Assembly: GCA_951406725.2 (NCBI GenBank)
Contig: OX597816.1
Location: 19,220,001-19,284,000 of the forward strand
Source: Octopus vulgaris
Lineage: Eukaryota
DNA: 64,000 bases
Direction of reading: 5' to 3'
Shown: piece by piece, positions 37,794-50,110 of the stretch
Layout of the letters: every line of letters starts with the position of its first letter
Position numbering within the stretch: position 1 is the first letter of the stretch
The notes under the pieces: generated by a model
What the model saw: the letters and a program-made list of their open reading frames with translations, nothing else
Database searches by the model: none
What the model was told of the DNA's origin: nothing
Position numbers and translations under genes: made by a program

Positions 37794-38901
37794 CTACCAG
37801 GGACAAGGCATAGATTTTTTCAAAACGGCGATATATCAAATAGTTACAACTTAATATTCTTCCTTACTTTTGTGTTCACAGTGTGATGTTCCACTTTTTT
37901 AAGCTTATCTCTGAATTCTACATAAAATATATAGAACACTTACATAATCAGCATTTCATGGAATGTGTTCCCATATTATTGTATCGTATTTAGAGACTCA
38001 TAATTTATATTCTAATTTAACACCATATATTTTAATTCCCCTAAAGCGTAATTTTTAATATAGTAATCTCAAATTAATTATCAGTTATCATTCTCTTGAA
38101 AATGTTTCCTCACTTTGGTTCCGTATCAGTATGATCCGCCTACCTGAAGCCCTCCATTTCTTCTGCATTTTCATGAAGAATGTGTGACAAAAGAAAGTTG
38201 ACGAAGCAAGACAAGCATTGAGATGGTGTCGATGTAAGTGCATCATTAAATTAAAGAGAAAGGCAACAGTGAATAAAGTACAGAAATACATTGAAAACAA
38301 TGAACGCATATGTAAAAGTCATCTTAAGACATCAAGTACAGACATTTCATGAATAATGAATGTAATCATATACCTTAATGGCAAAATTAATTTTCTCACA
38401 CAAAATATAATAAGAGAGTCGGAAACACAATAAACCGAGAGAACAAATGTATCAAAGATACAGACATTATTTTTTGATACTGAAATAAATTGCATTACAA
38501 CGATAGTCACGCAAGATATAATTTAAGACATGTGAAATTAGAGCTAAGCGTCGAAAGAGATAACGCTGTGTATAGACGTAGACGCATGACTGAACGTAAA
38601 CACACAAGTATATATATGCATACATGAATATGTAGATATAGACACATTGTGGTATATGTAAGCGTGTGTGATTGTATATGCGTAAATATAGACATATGTA
38701 TAATAAACACTTGCACACACACACATATATATATACATATATATTTATACATACACGCAATCATTGTGTCTGTGTATACATATATTTACTGTTAGTAAAC
38801 ACGCTTTCATCAGTTAGCTTGTTCTGATCTTGTACATTCATCTGAACTAACCCAATTGTCTAGACCGAATAAGGCAAATTATGAACCAATGCACATACTT
38901 C

Positions 38902-39465
38902 TATGCATTCGTGATGATACATAGAGCTGTTGGTTACACATTCCACTACAAAATGTAATGAAGTAGCGGATATTAAGCTTATCTTGTATGCAAATAGACA
39001 CAAGGTGGAATGAAGGGAGATGGGGATCGAAAAAAATTCTCAAATAAAAATAAGGTTTTGATACGGTGATCTATATTTATTTACTACCCACAAGGAGCTA
39101 AACACAGAGGGGACAAACGAGGACAAACAAACGGATTAAGTCGATTACATCGACTCCAGTGCGTAAATGGTACTTAATTTATCGACCCCGAAAGGATGAA
39201 AGGCAAAGTCGACCTCGGCGGAATTTGAACTCAGAACGTAGCGACAGAAGAAATACCGCAAAGCATTTCGCCAGGCGTGCTAACGATTCTGCCAGATCGT
39301 CGCCTTATTATGCATTTGTGATGATACTAGAGCTGGCGGTTACACTTTGCACCACATAATGTAATTTAGTTGCGGATATCACGCTTATCTTGTATACAAA
39401 TGAAGGGAAATGGTGATTGAAAAATATACTCTCAAATAAAAATAAGGTTTTGTTACGGTGATCTA
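38902..39465. repeat. ~165-bp diverged direct repeats (38902-39073 and 39309-39465) bracketing a SINE
   Basis: tatgcatt(c/t)gtgatgatac...gcggatat...ctcaaataaaaataaggttttg(a/t)tacggtgatcta is present on both sides. Confidence 0.85.
39076..39305 (-). mobile_element. Full-length monomeric SINE family B
   Basis: Reverse complement from head ggcgacgatctggcagaatcgttagcacgcc through the core to tail ccttgtgggtagtaaataaata. Confidence 0.92.
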
Positions 39466-39743
39466 AAACACGTAGACACTTTATTTAATATTTCAGTGAT
39501 ATCATTAAAGTCGGACAGTGTTTTCACGGGAGTTTGCTATTTTGTAATGATTGGGTCTGGCCAGATTGAAGCAATCCCAAGAATAATCAGCCGAAATTGC
39601 GAAGATAATCTAGTGATTGACTGCAGAGGGGGAGCTTCGAATGACCAATCCTTGTTTTATTTGTATCGTTTATCTGGATGTTCTGTTGTCGCCTCTTTGT
39701 ATCACCTAGGTGTCCAGTTGTTTTGCATTCTTGTCCCAATTTG

Positions 39744-39802
<59 letters not shown>

Positions 39803-40389
39803 TAGCGGCGTAGTACACTTAGTTACTTTATATGTAAGTACACATAAATTATGTATGTATACAGACACACTCATGCGCACACACACACACAAACACACAC
39901 AGAAAGTTGCATACACTTACACACATACGCAGGCACACATATATGTTTTATAATATACAACATATTTATATCTATGTGTGGGTGTTTGAGTATTTTGAGC
40001 TGTATCTGAAATTCAAGAGCAGCTATCGTGACGACTGTTGTAAAGCTTCATGGAACATTAAAATGTCACAATGGAATTTCTAATAATCACATCAGCTAAA
40101 AGTACATGTACGTATTCATCATCCCGAAAATATATGACAATTTTTATCATTGTTATTTTATGCTATACAAGTCGAAACGAACACCTACAGAGGGACAAAT
40201 ATTTTTCAATAAATGTAATGCATAAAAGGAAGAAATTATTGCAAATATTCAAGAAAAGTATTTTCCGAAATGACTTCTAGTGAAATATACGTATTCAAAT
40301 TTTTTATAGTTGGTTGAAAAAATATAAACTATTCTGAAATATGAAATATATTGTAAAGGTTCTGTCTTGGCATAACATCAGCCTATATA

Positions 40390-40426
<37 letters not shown>

Positions 40427-40428
<2 letters not shown>

Positions 40429-40644
40429 TCTTTTACTCTTTTACTCTTTTACTTGTTTCAGTCATTTGACTGCGGCCATGCTGGAGCACCGCCTTTAGTC
40501 TAGCAAATCGACCCCGGGACTTATTCTTTGTAAGCCCAGTACTTATTCTCTCGGTCTCTTTTGCCGAACCACTAAGTGACGGGGACGTAAACACACCAGC
40601 ATCTGTTGTCAAGCAATGCTAGGGGGACAAACACAGACACACAA

Positions 40645-40675
<31 letters not shown>

Positions 40676-40844
40676 CATATATACGACAGGCTTCTTTCAG
40701 TTTCTGTCTACCAAATCCACTCACAAGGCATTGGTCGGCCCAGGGCTATAGCAGAAGACACTTGCCCAAGATGCCACGCAGTGGGACTGAACCCGGAACC
40801 ATGTGGTTGGTTAGCAAGCTACTTACCACACAGCCACACCTGCG

Positions 40845-40846
<2 letters not shown>
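40427..40846 (-). mobile_element. SINE family A, full length
   Basis: Matches the other family A copies; (aaaagagt)n tail. Confidence 0.94.
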
Positions 40847-40899
<53 letters not shown>

Positions 40900-42300
40900 T
40901 GAACGATTCACCAAACCTATTTTATTCAATTTCCTTCTCGCTAGCTATGTCTTCTACAAACCCCTGTCAATCGCCATAGGCTGCTCTTGTATTTTCTCAA
41001 CAGAATCTGTCATTATACTTTCTATTAACCAGTTGCTTAGCGTGAGTCAGGGCTAATGAGCAACTCTTCCCTCCCTTGTAAAACCAGTCTTCTATTGTTA
41101 TACATACCTAATGTACTCATCCATGTGCATTCTCACGAACAAGCTGTTTCTGAAACATGTGCAAATTCGAAGACTACATGTGAGTTGGGACAGATTCGTC
41201 TTTTACTAAACTTTCAACTTAAGAAACTGTGTGGGAAGTAACATCAGCCAACTGTAGTACAAAAACACTTGCAGTTGTTTGTTAGAGAAATTGGAATATA
41301 ATCTCGCTGACACAGTACACCGAAGGGGTACACAGCAGTAAAGATGCAGTGAGCCAGAAATTCAGGTCATTCATGCTGTTATTTCAAGGAACCAATTATC
41401 TGTGACGAGTCATAAATCCGCCATTTTATTGAAGGTCGCACATATCTGCCATCGTAAAACCAGTTTTATCCACATGATCGTATACTGTCTAGGGTGAGGT
41501 ATGCTGCTTGACCCAGATCAGCATTTCTGCAGATTCAAGAATGTTTATGTGGAGAAAAAACGTTTCGAACAAACGATAACATGAAAGCTGCCCATTAGCG
41601 TCGGCTAAGGGTCCGTATTCGGACAACAGTAGTATGTAAGAAACAACTCCCGGTATTAAAGCAGATATATCACTACCGGCATCCAGCTGACACACTTTTG
41701 AACACAGATGTGTATAATATTTCAAATAAGACCTGGAAAATACAGAAAATTCAAGAAAGACGTTGAAATTGCATTTAAAGATATAAATTGCCACTTTCGA
41801 AATCCTGCAGAGAAAATAAGCGATTCAACGAAAAGGAAGAAACGCTATGAATATGAAAGCTTTAAAATTGAATGAGTTCCCTTGCGAACTGCAAAAATGC
41901 ACACAAAAGAGGCATCCTCAATCACAAGGACCCACTCATGCCTTCTTTCTGCCAATGCAATTAGACCCGGTTGCTGTATTAGATAGCTTCATCCGCTACA
42001 CGACTACACACGTATTATTTCTAATATTGCAAAATGAGATTCGTTTTTCTAACAAATTGTACACGTAATTTATATCTCGCATTCTTGATATTATAACGGA
42101 CGTGGTTACCATATACATACATACATACATACAGACATGCATGCATGCTTGCATACATAGTACATTATTATATATATATATAATATATATATCATATATA
42201 TATAAATTGATAATTATTTAAAATATTATATGTATATAATATATATTATATATATGTATATATATAATATATATATATACATATATATATGTATATATAT

Positions 42301-42702
42301 ACAGGAGTGGCTGTGTGGTAAGTAGATTGCTAACCAGCCACGTGGTTCCAGATTCAGTCCCACTGCGTGGCATCTTGAGCAAGTGTCTTCAGCTATAGCT
42401 CCGGGACAACCAATGCCTTGTGAGTGGATTTGGTAGACAGAAACTGAAAGAAGCATGTCGTATATATGTATATATATATATATGTGTGTGTGTATATGTT
42501 TGTGTGTCTGTGTTTGTCCCTCTAGCTTGACAACCCATGCTGGTGTGTTTATGTCCCCGTCACTAGTGGTTCGGCAAAAGAGACCGATAGAATAAGTACT
42601 GGGCTTACAAAGAATAAGTCCCGGGGTCGATTTGCTCGACTAAAGGCGGTGCTCCAGCATGACCGCAGTCAAATGACTGATACAAGTAAAGAGTAAAAGA
42701 GT
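42301..42702 (+). mobile_element. SINE family A, full length
   Basis: caggagtggctgtgtggtaag...ggcggtgctccagcatgaccgcagtcaaatgactga. Confidence 0.94.
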
Positions 42703-42718
42703 ATATAATATATATATT

Positions 42719-42752
<34 letters not shown>

Positions 42753-42773
42753 TTATATATATATACATATACA

Positions 42774-42849
<76 letters not shown>

Positions 42850-42863
<14 letters not shown>

Positions 42864-43362
42864 TGTAGTTGTGTGAGTGTCTGTCCCCTTCGATTTAGAT
42901 TCCTAACTACTCCCACATTTTCCGGTGCAGTTTAACCAAATTCGGATATCGTATAGTCGTGATTCATATCGAACCCGTCTGAGTATTAGCGCGCGTCTAC
43001 GATGAGTCTACGATTTTAAAAATAATTTAACATAATTTTTTATTCCATTTTAATGCATAATTTTTCGTGTGTCGATGGCGACGGAGTTGGCGTCCATGGT
43101 CACACCTGCACCTGTGTTGGCTTCTCCCCCTTCTTCCCTCCCTCGTGAATCTGTGGGGAAGGGAGTGTAAGGAAATCAACGTCGTAAAGCGTTGTCAAGG
43201 AGACCAGCGTTCTTTTAGAACAACGACTTCATGGCTTGAAGACACCAAAACGGTAATGGCTAAGAAAGCCCGAATTGGCATCTATAAGGGAATTAACTCT
43301 CTAAAAATGCTTATATAGTTATTTCTCTTACAAACCCGAGCAACGCCGGGCGATACTGCTAG
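42850..43362 (+). mobile_element. Non-autonomous Helitron-like element (~500 bp)
   Basis: 5' tatataaaactgtagttgtgtgagtgtctgtc emerges from (TA)n. The 3' end has hairpin cccg-agcaacgc-cggg, an 8-nt spacer and CTAG|T. Confidence 0.8.
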
Positions 43363-43366
43363 TATA

Positions 43367-43418
<52 letters not shown>

Positions 43419-43431
43419 ATATATAAATATA

Positions 43432-43468
<37 letters not shown>

Positions 43469-43477
43469 ATTTTTTTT

Positions 43478-43566
<89 letters not shown>

Positions 43567-43569
<3 letters not shown>

Positions 43570-44060
43570 GTAATGCATACCGGCGTTGCACGGGTGTTAT
43601 GTACCACAGCCATATTGTATTATCTGTTCATTTCTTACGGGCAGAATCAGCGTATCTGATATATAGTGAAATGGAATTTATTGTTTGTTTAAAACTGAAG
43701 TGTGTGTGAGGTGATGGGTACACACACGCATTCAAAATCTCTTTTTACATATATGGAAGTGTACAACTCTGTGGTTCCCTCTATCCCACATTCCCCGTGA
43801 TTCTATCTTTTCCTATCTACTCTCCTTCTCTGATACCAACAAACTTCGTTATACCACGTTTTCTCGAACCTAACACTTTTGCACACCTCTCATCTCCTCA
43901 CATAATAGCCTAACTCGTGTATCGGGTCCGTTATCGATTTCTATTGAAATCTAATTATACGATAATTGAACTGGATGTACACAAAATTTGGTGAAGATTG
44001 GTTCCATGGTTTGCGCAACAAGGCGGTAACAGACAGACTTATATAATTGCATTTATATAC
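43567..44060 (-). mobile_element. Second Helitron-like non-autonomous element, tail-to-tail with the first
   Basis: atagtaatgcataccggcgttgcacggg is a decayed reverse 3' end with the same hairpin. The other end has aaatttggtgaagattgg...acagacagac...tttatata, typical of this class. Confidence 0.6.
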
Positions 44061-44101
44061 AAGAAACAAACACGCACACACACACATACACCACACACAA
44101 T

Positions 44102-44136
<35 letters not shown>

Positions 44137-44619
44137 GTACAAACACTCACACATATATATGCATATATGTATATCTTCTGATTTCCCACGGATCCAAAGA
44201 CAATAATAATCATATACATTCACACATACATCTACTTGGAGATACTAAGAAATACTATCAAATTTCTTTGTAGACATTCCATAGCCACTTCATGCTTTTG
44301 TAATAATAATTTTTATACACAAATCAGTATATATCCGCATACATATGCATATATATATATATATATACACACAAATTCAGGGATTGGTGCAGGTAAAATC
44401 CAGACTCGATATGCTTCCTAGCTATGAGAAGCTAGTAACTAATAATTAGTCAGCGAGCAGTACTCAGCTAGTTACTGTTTATGATGAGGATACGTTAGTT
44501 AGATGAAGATTATGTTATTGTCAAATGATCCTGAGTTTATTTGCATGATTGCGCGAAGCATACTAAAAACCTACACCTAGATCATTGGATGTTAAATTAC
44601 ATATATCATTATATAAATA

Positions 44620-44658
<39 letters not shown>

Positions 44659-44744
44659 GGGTGCGTGTGTGTGTGTGTGTGCGTATGTGTGTGTGTGAGT
44701 GGGTGTGTAAATGTTTGTGTGTGTGTGATTGTTTGACTTTCTTT

Positions 44745-44950
44745 TTATTCTTTCATTTGTTTCAGTCATTTGACTGCGGCCATGCTGCAGCACCGCCTTT
44801 GGTCGAGCAAATTGACCCTAGGACATTCTTTGTAAGCTTAGTACTTATTCTATTGGGGTTTCTTGCCGAACCACGAAGTGATGGGGATGTAAAGACACCA
44901 ATATTAGTTGTCAAGCGATGTTGGGGTGTGGTACAAACACTGACACACAA

Positions 44951-45009
<59 letters not shown>

Positions 45010-45171
45010 CGACAGGCTGCTTTCAGATTCCGTCTACCAAATCCACTCACCAGGTTTTGGTCGGCCCGAGGCTATAGTAAAATACACTTGCCCAAGGTGC
45101 CACGTAGTGGGACTGTACCCGGAACAATGTGGTCGGTAAGGAAGCTACTTACCGCACAGCCACTCCTGCGG
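44745..45171 (-). mobile_element. SINE family A, diverged
   Basis: Reverse complement of family A, from head cgcaggagtggctg to the tail. Confidence 0.9.
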
Positions 45172-45229
45172 CTATTGTCTTTACGTCAAGATATAATTCT
45201 TCCAATTTGAAGCACAAGGTCTTAAATGA

Positions 45230-45365
45230 TTAGTGTTCATCTGGTACTAATTTTATCGACTCCGAAAGGATGAAATCCAAAGATGACATCGTCGGAATTT
45301 GAACTACGATGGACGAAATGTTGCTAAGCATTTTGTCCGGCGTGCCAGCGATTGTACCAGCTTAT
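45230..45365 (-). mobile_element. Diverged partial SINE family B
   Basis: ctggtactaattttatcgactccgaaaggatgaaa...ggaatttgaact...gctaagcattttgtccggcgtgc. Confidence 0.75.
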
Positions 45366-46219
45366 GATTCCTTACGAAAAATAAATGAATTTTACACTAA
45401 AGTGAATTGTTACATTTTGTAGAGGACATATTATTATGCATATATACCATTTTATATAAGTGAGTCTGTGTTTACATATATATATATATACATACATAAA
45501 TGCGTGTGTGTGTGAGTGTATGTGTGTATGTATATACTTTGTTCTTATCAAACAGATTTATCTTTATATATTCGTATGATCTAATTTTTGTTGGTTTCCA
45601 GAATTATATTTTCCCCAACCATTTTAAACGTTCATTTACATTCATAGTGTGATATTTAGGATGAAAGAATATTATCGTATGTTGCTACCACTTCATATAC
45701 GTAAAGGTAACTCTAAGTGTTGTATACATTACCACTGGTATTTGCAAATTTATATTACGCTCTTCAATGGTTTTAGTTTTGTCTGTAATAGACGTTAACT
45801 TATCTGCTTTCATTTGTAGCTTTGTGAAATATTTTGTATATAAATTGCATCATTAATCCTATTTCGCGTGCGTATTAATGTAGAATGTATACGTGTTGTC
45901 CAATAAAATTTTGCCCACCAAATACGGTACTGTTTTTTTTTTTTGGCGTATACATTGATATCCATAATATGAATGAGCAACAGCATGCGCCAATATTTAT
46001 AAATACAAAATAATATACTATTTGTGGCGTAAAGTTTTGCGATTTTCTTAATATATGCACTGGGAAGAAGAAATTTGAAGGATCCTATTGAAAAATCTGA
46101 GAAATGGCATTAAACGAAAAATTATAAATCATATATTTAAAGATATTATCTTTAAATGAAACTGTGTTTCCTGCATGCAAGCACACACACACACAAACAT
46201 AACTGGAGATATACAATTT

Positions 46220-46264
<45 letters not shown>

Positions 46265-46425
46265 GCGCAGGAGTGGCTGTGTGGTAAGTAGCTTGTTAAT
46301 CAACCACATGGTTCCGGGTTCAGTCCTACTGCGTGGCATCTTGGGCAGGTGTCTTCTGCTATAGCCTCGGGACGACCAATGCCTTGTGAGTGGATTTGGT
46401 AGACGGAAGCTGAAAGAAGCCTGTC

Positions 46426-46514
<89 letters not shown>

Positions 46515-46716
46515 TGTGTCTGTGTATGTCCCCCTAGCATTGCTTGACAACCGATGCTGATATGTGTTTACGTCCCCGTCACCTAGCGGTTCGGCAAAAA
46601 AGACCGATATAATAAGTACTGGGCTTACAAAGAATAAGTACCGGGGTCTATTTGCTCGACTAAAGGCGGTGGTCCAGCATAGCCGCAGTCAAATGATTGA
46701 AACAGGTAAAGAGAGT
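46265..46716 (+). mobile_element. SINE family A, full length
   Basis: Matches the family A copies, with an expanded internal (TA)n(TG)n. Confidence 0.93.
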
Positions 46717-46804
46717 ATATATGAGCATGGACGCATAGAGGACTGTACAATATATCTATATATATGTACCACTCAGACAGACTCTCTCTCTCTGTTTCTA
46801 TATA

Positions 46805-47664
46805 CCAGCATGCAAAACTGAATGCAATACCCAAGGAATACACTGGACCCGGAGGGATTGCAATCCTAGAGGCACAATCAGTGCGTGACCTGGGTATTCA
46901 CATGAGTGATGACGCGACCTTTCATGTACATGTTGGTAAACTGACAATGAAATGCAGACGGCTGGCTGGATGGATTCTTAGAACCTTTAGAACAAGAGAA
47001 CAAGAAACCATGATGGTCCTCTGGAAGACACTTGTCCTAAGCCACTTTGACTATTGCTCTCAGCTATGGTCACCATCCAGTGTCAAGTTGATCACAGAAC
47101 TTGAGGCGATCCAACGAAGCTACACGAAGAAGATAGCCTCTATGCAGAATGTAAGCTACTGGGAAAGACTCAAGAGATTAAAATTATATTCCCTGGAGCG
47201 TAGGCGGGAAAGATATGCCATAATATACATCTGGAAGATCCTGGAGGGAAGTGTCCTGAACTTTGGCATCGAGAGTTACGCAAATGCCAGAACTGGGCGC
47301 CACTGCGTGGTGCCTAGGACTCCAAACTTGCCATCAAGATGTAGGACAAAATTCTGTGATAGCCTGGGCTTCCGAGGCCCACAGCTCTTCAATATCCTCC
47401 CGAAGAAGCTGAGAGACCTGCATGGGGTGGATACAGATGTCTTTAAAATGGAGCTGGATCTCTTCCTGTCAGGTGTCCCAGATGAACCAACTTCACGGCA
47501 GGAGGGGCAGATGAGGGCAGCTGCATCGAACTCTCTCATGCACCAAATAGCAGTTGCTAGAAAGCCTCCATGAAGTGAAACCAAGTAGCAACACCAAATG
47601 GCGGTGCCCCAGCATGGCCACAGCTCATAAGCTGAAACTAGAATCAATCAATCAATCAATCAAT

Positions 47665-47667
<3 letters not shown>
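46805..47667 (+). mobile_element. 5'-truncated CR1-clade LINE: RT thumb/C-terminus, 3' UTR and (ATCA)n tail
   Basis: Uninterrupted ORF to 47573 with VRDLGI, GWILRTF, LVLSHFDYCSQLWSP, LEAIQR, YWERLKRLKLYSLERRRER. A short 3' UTR stem-loop is followed by (ATCA)n. Confidence 0.9.
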
Positions 47668-47708
<41 letters not shown>

Positions 47709-47843
47709 CAATTATAGAAACCGTGATCAACAATCGGCAACAACGCATGTGAGTAAGGAAGATAGACGCGAAAGAGAATGCTAAAACAAAATTGATGAAT
47801 TTGCATATGTACACGAATGTGCATGTGTATATAGATATACGCA

Positions 47844-47904
<61 letters not shown>

Positions 47905-48029
47905 GTACATATGTATCTTTATATGTATATTCCACCCGTATTAGTTGTTACATATCTAAATAAATAAGTAACCCAGAAATGTTTTTACATTCCGTTCGTC
48001 AGATTTGTTCTAAAGTTAATATATCAGCT

Positions 48030-48690
48030 TAAATATTATTTTCTTCGCTTCCTCCGATTCGATCCTTGGTTCATATTGAACTGCTGTAAACTCAGACTAC
48101 ATGTACATCAGTTCGTCGCTTTATATATTGATATTTTAAATTTCTTTGCTGACCATACGCTTGATATACGGATATACTTTGATCAGAATACTCATCTGCA
48201 GTTGCTGTTTTTGTGAATGGATGCAGCATCGATTTCTGTAAGAACTGTAAAGTAATTCCATCAACCTCCCATTTAGCTTAGGCCTTTAGATTTGCAATTT
48301 GTTAGACGAAGCTGGCATCTTCATAGCCCTAGTGTCAAACTTCATAGCCCTAGTATCAGCTTCCTGTGTCTAATATAGTTTCCTATAGTATAGATAGAAG
48401 TCGGAAGAGTTTATTCTAACAAAGTATCCAATGAAATTCTTAAATTTAGATTCTCCAGCTTCTTTACCTGGCTCTTATCACATGTCGTGCTAAGGTATAT
48501 TTAGTAGTAATTATACCTCTACAACATCAGTCTTTTTTATTGCTTGATTACTGCTTGGAGCTTCATAGATAATTATGGCCTTACGCATTGGATTAAAGAT
48601 AGAATCTTGTTTTACCAGGCTTCAATTGATTGCAAGCAAAATGGGGAATAGTAATCATCCTACAAAAGAGGAATGCGATATCTATGCCAA
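48030..48690 (-). pseudogene. Possible very decayed LINE RT remnant
   Basis: Minus-strand fragments LFCRMITIP and LMYM lie in the order expected for RT motifs; weak. Confidence 0.25.
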
Positions 48691-48792
48691 GGTGATATAA
48701 ATCATTAGTTTATTTCATTAGTAATCAGATTTCAGTGCACGGATACTAATAACCGAAACAGCTGTAGATTCGTAATATATGATCTTTTGTAA

Positions 48793-48997
48793 GACGGTGA
48801 GCTGGCAGAAATGTTAGCACGCCAGGCGAAATGCTTAGCGGTAGTTCGTCTATCTTGACGTTTTGAGTTCAAATTCTGACGAGGTAGACTTTGCCTGGTC
48901 GATAGATTGAGTACCAGTGGCGTACTGGGGTCCATCAATCGACTTGCACCCTCTTCCCCAAAAATGTCGGGTATTGTGCCTAGATTAGAAAAGAATG
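48793..48997 (+). mobile_element. SINE family B short-tail variant with a 14-bp TSD
   Basis: Head gacggtgagctggcagaaatgttagcacgcc; TSD tatgatcttttgta at 48778-48791 and 48998-49011. Confidence 0.88.
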
Positions 48998-49155
48998 TAT
49001 GATCTTTTGTACTTCAACTATTGGTTAATATCGCTCATAATACTTAATTTTGTAAAAAATAATTGACAATCCACTTCTGTTTACCGCCGGAATTTCTAAT
49101 ATTGTAAGGATAGTTCTCAGCAATATTAATCGTTACCGTTATAGCTAAGCGGAAT

Positions 49156-49262
<107 letters not shown>

Positions 49263-49387
49263 TGCATATATGTATGTATATGCGGGGTGTATTGATAAAT
49301 ATCTAGCGATAAATATATATAGACATATATGCACTCATACTCAAAACAACCTACACACACAATCACACACACTCACACTTATACATT

Positions 49388-49464
<77 letters not shown>

Positions 49465-49929
49465 TTATAACTACATGTGCTTGGTACTTTATATTTCCCT
49501 GTGTTCGTCTATGTTGGCACAATATACTTATATATAAAATATACACAGGAGAAGGTAACATGTTATATACGAAGTCATCAAAGTTAGTACATTTCGTTTT
49601 TACATATTTGCTATCTGAGAAACATCATGTGTATTGCATCGTACATAATATATTTTGAGAGAAAAACGTAGATGTACGACATCACATATGCAATCAATAC
49701 ACAAACATTCCAGCTCAGTTTGCATACAATATAAAATTGTGCTACATGCAATAACCTCATCCAATATATTTGTATTGTTTTTGAGGAGAACCTATATACG
49801 CTGTTTCTATGCACTTATCGGTTTGTGTGTATCCGACAATATAATATATATATTCTTCTGAAGGAATGTGTTAAAATGCAGGAACACGCACTGAGATATA
49901 TTATTCTTTTACTTATCCTGAGTCTTGCG

Positions 49930-50110
<181 letters not shown>

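Noticed and set aside
45887-46085. Tc1-like terminal sequences
   Set aside because: No matching inverted partner found.
46764-47573. Cellular gene encoding a 269-aa protein
   Set aside because: It is the C-terminus of a CR1 ORF2; the ATG comes from flanking microsatellite DNA.
47970-48005. Hammerhead on the minus strand (CTGACGAacggaatgtAAAA)
   Set aside because: The GAAA box is absent and stems I and III do not form.
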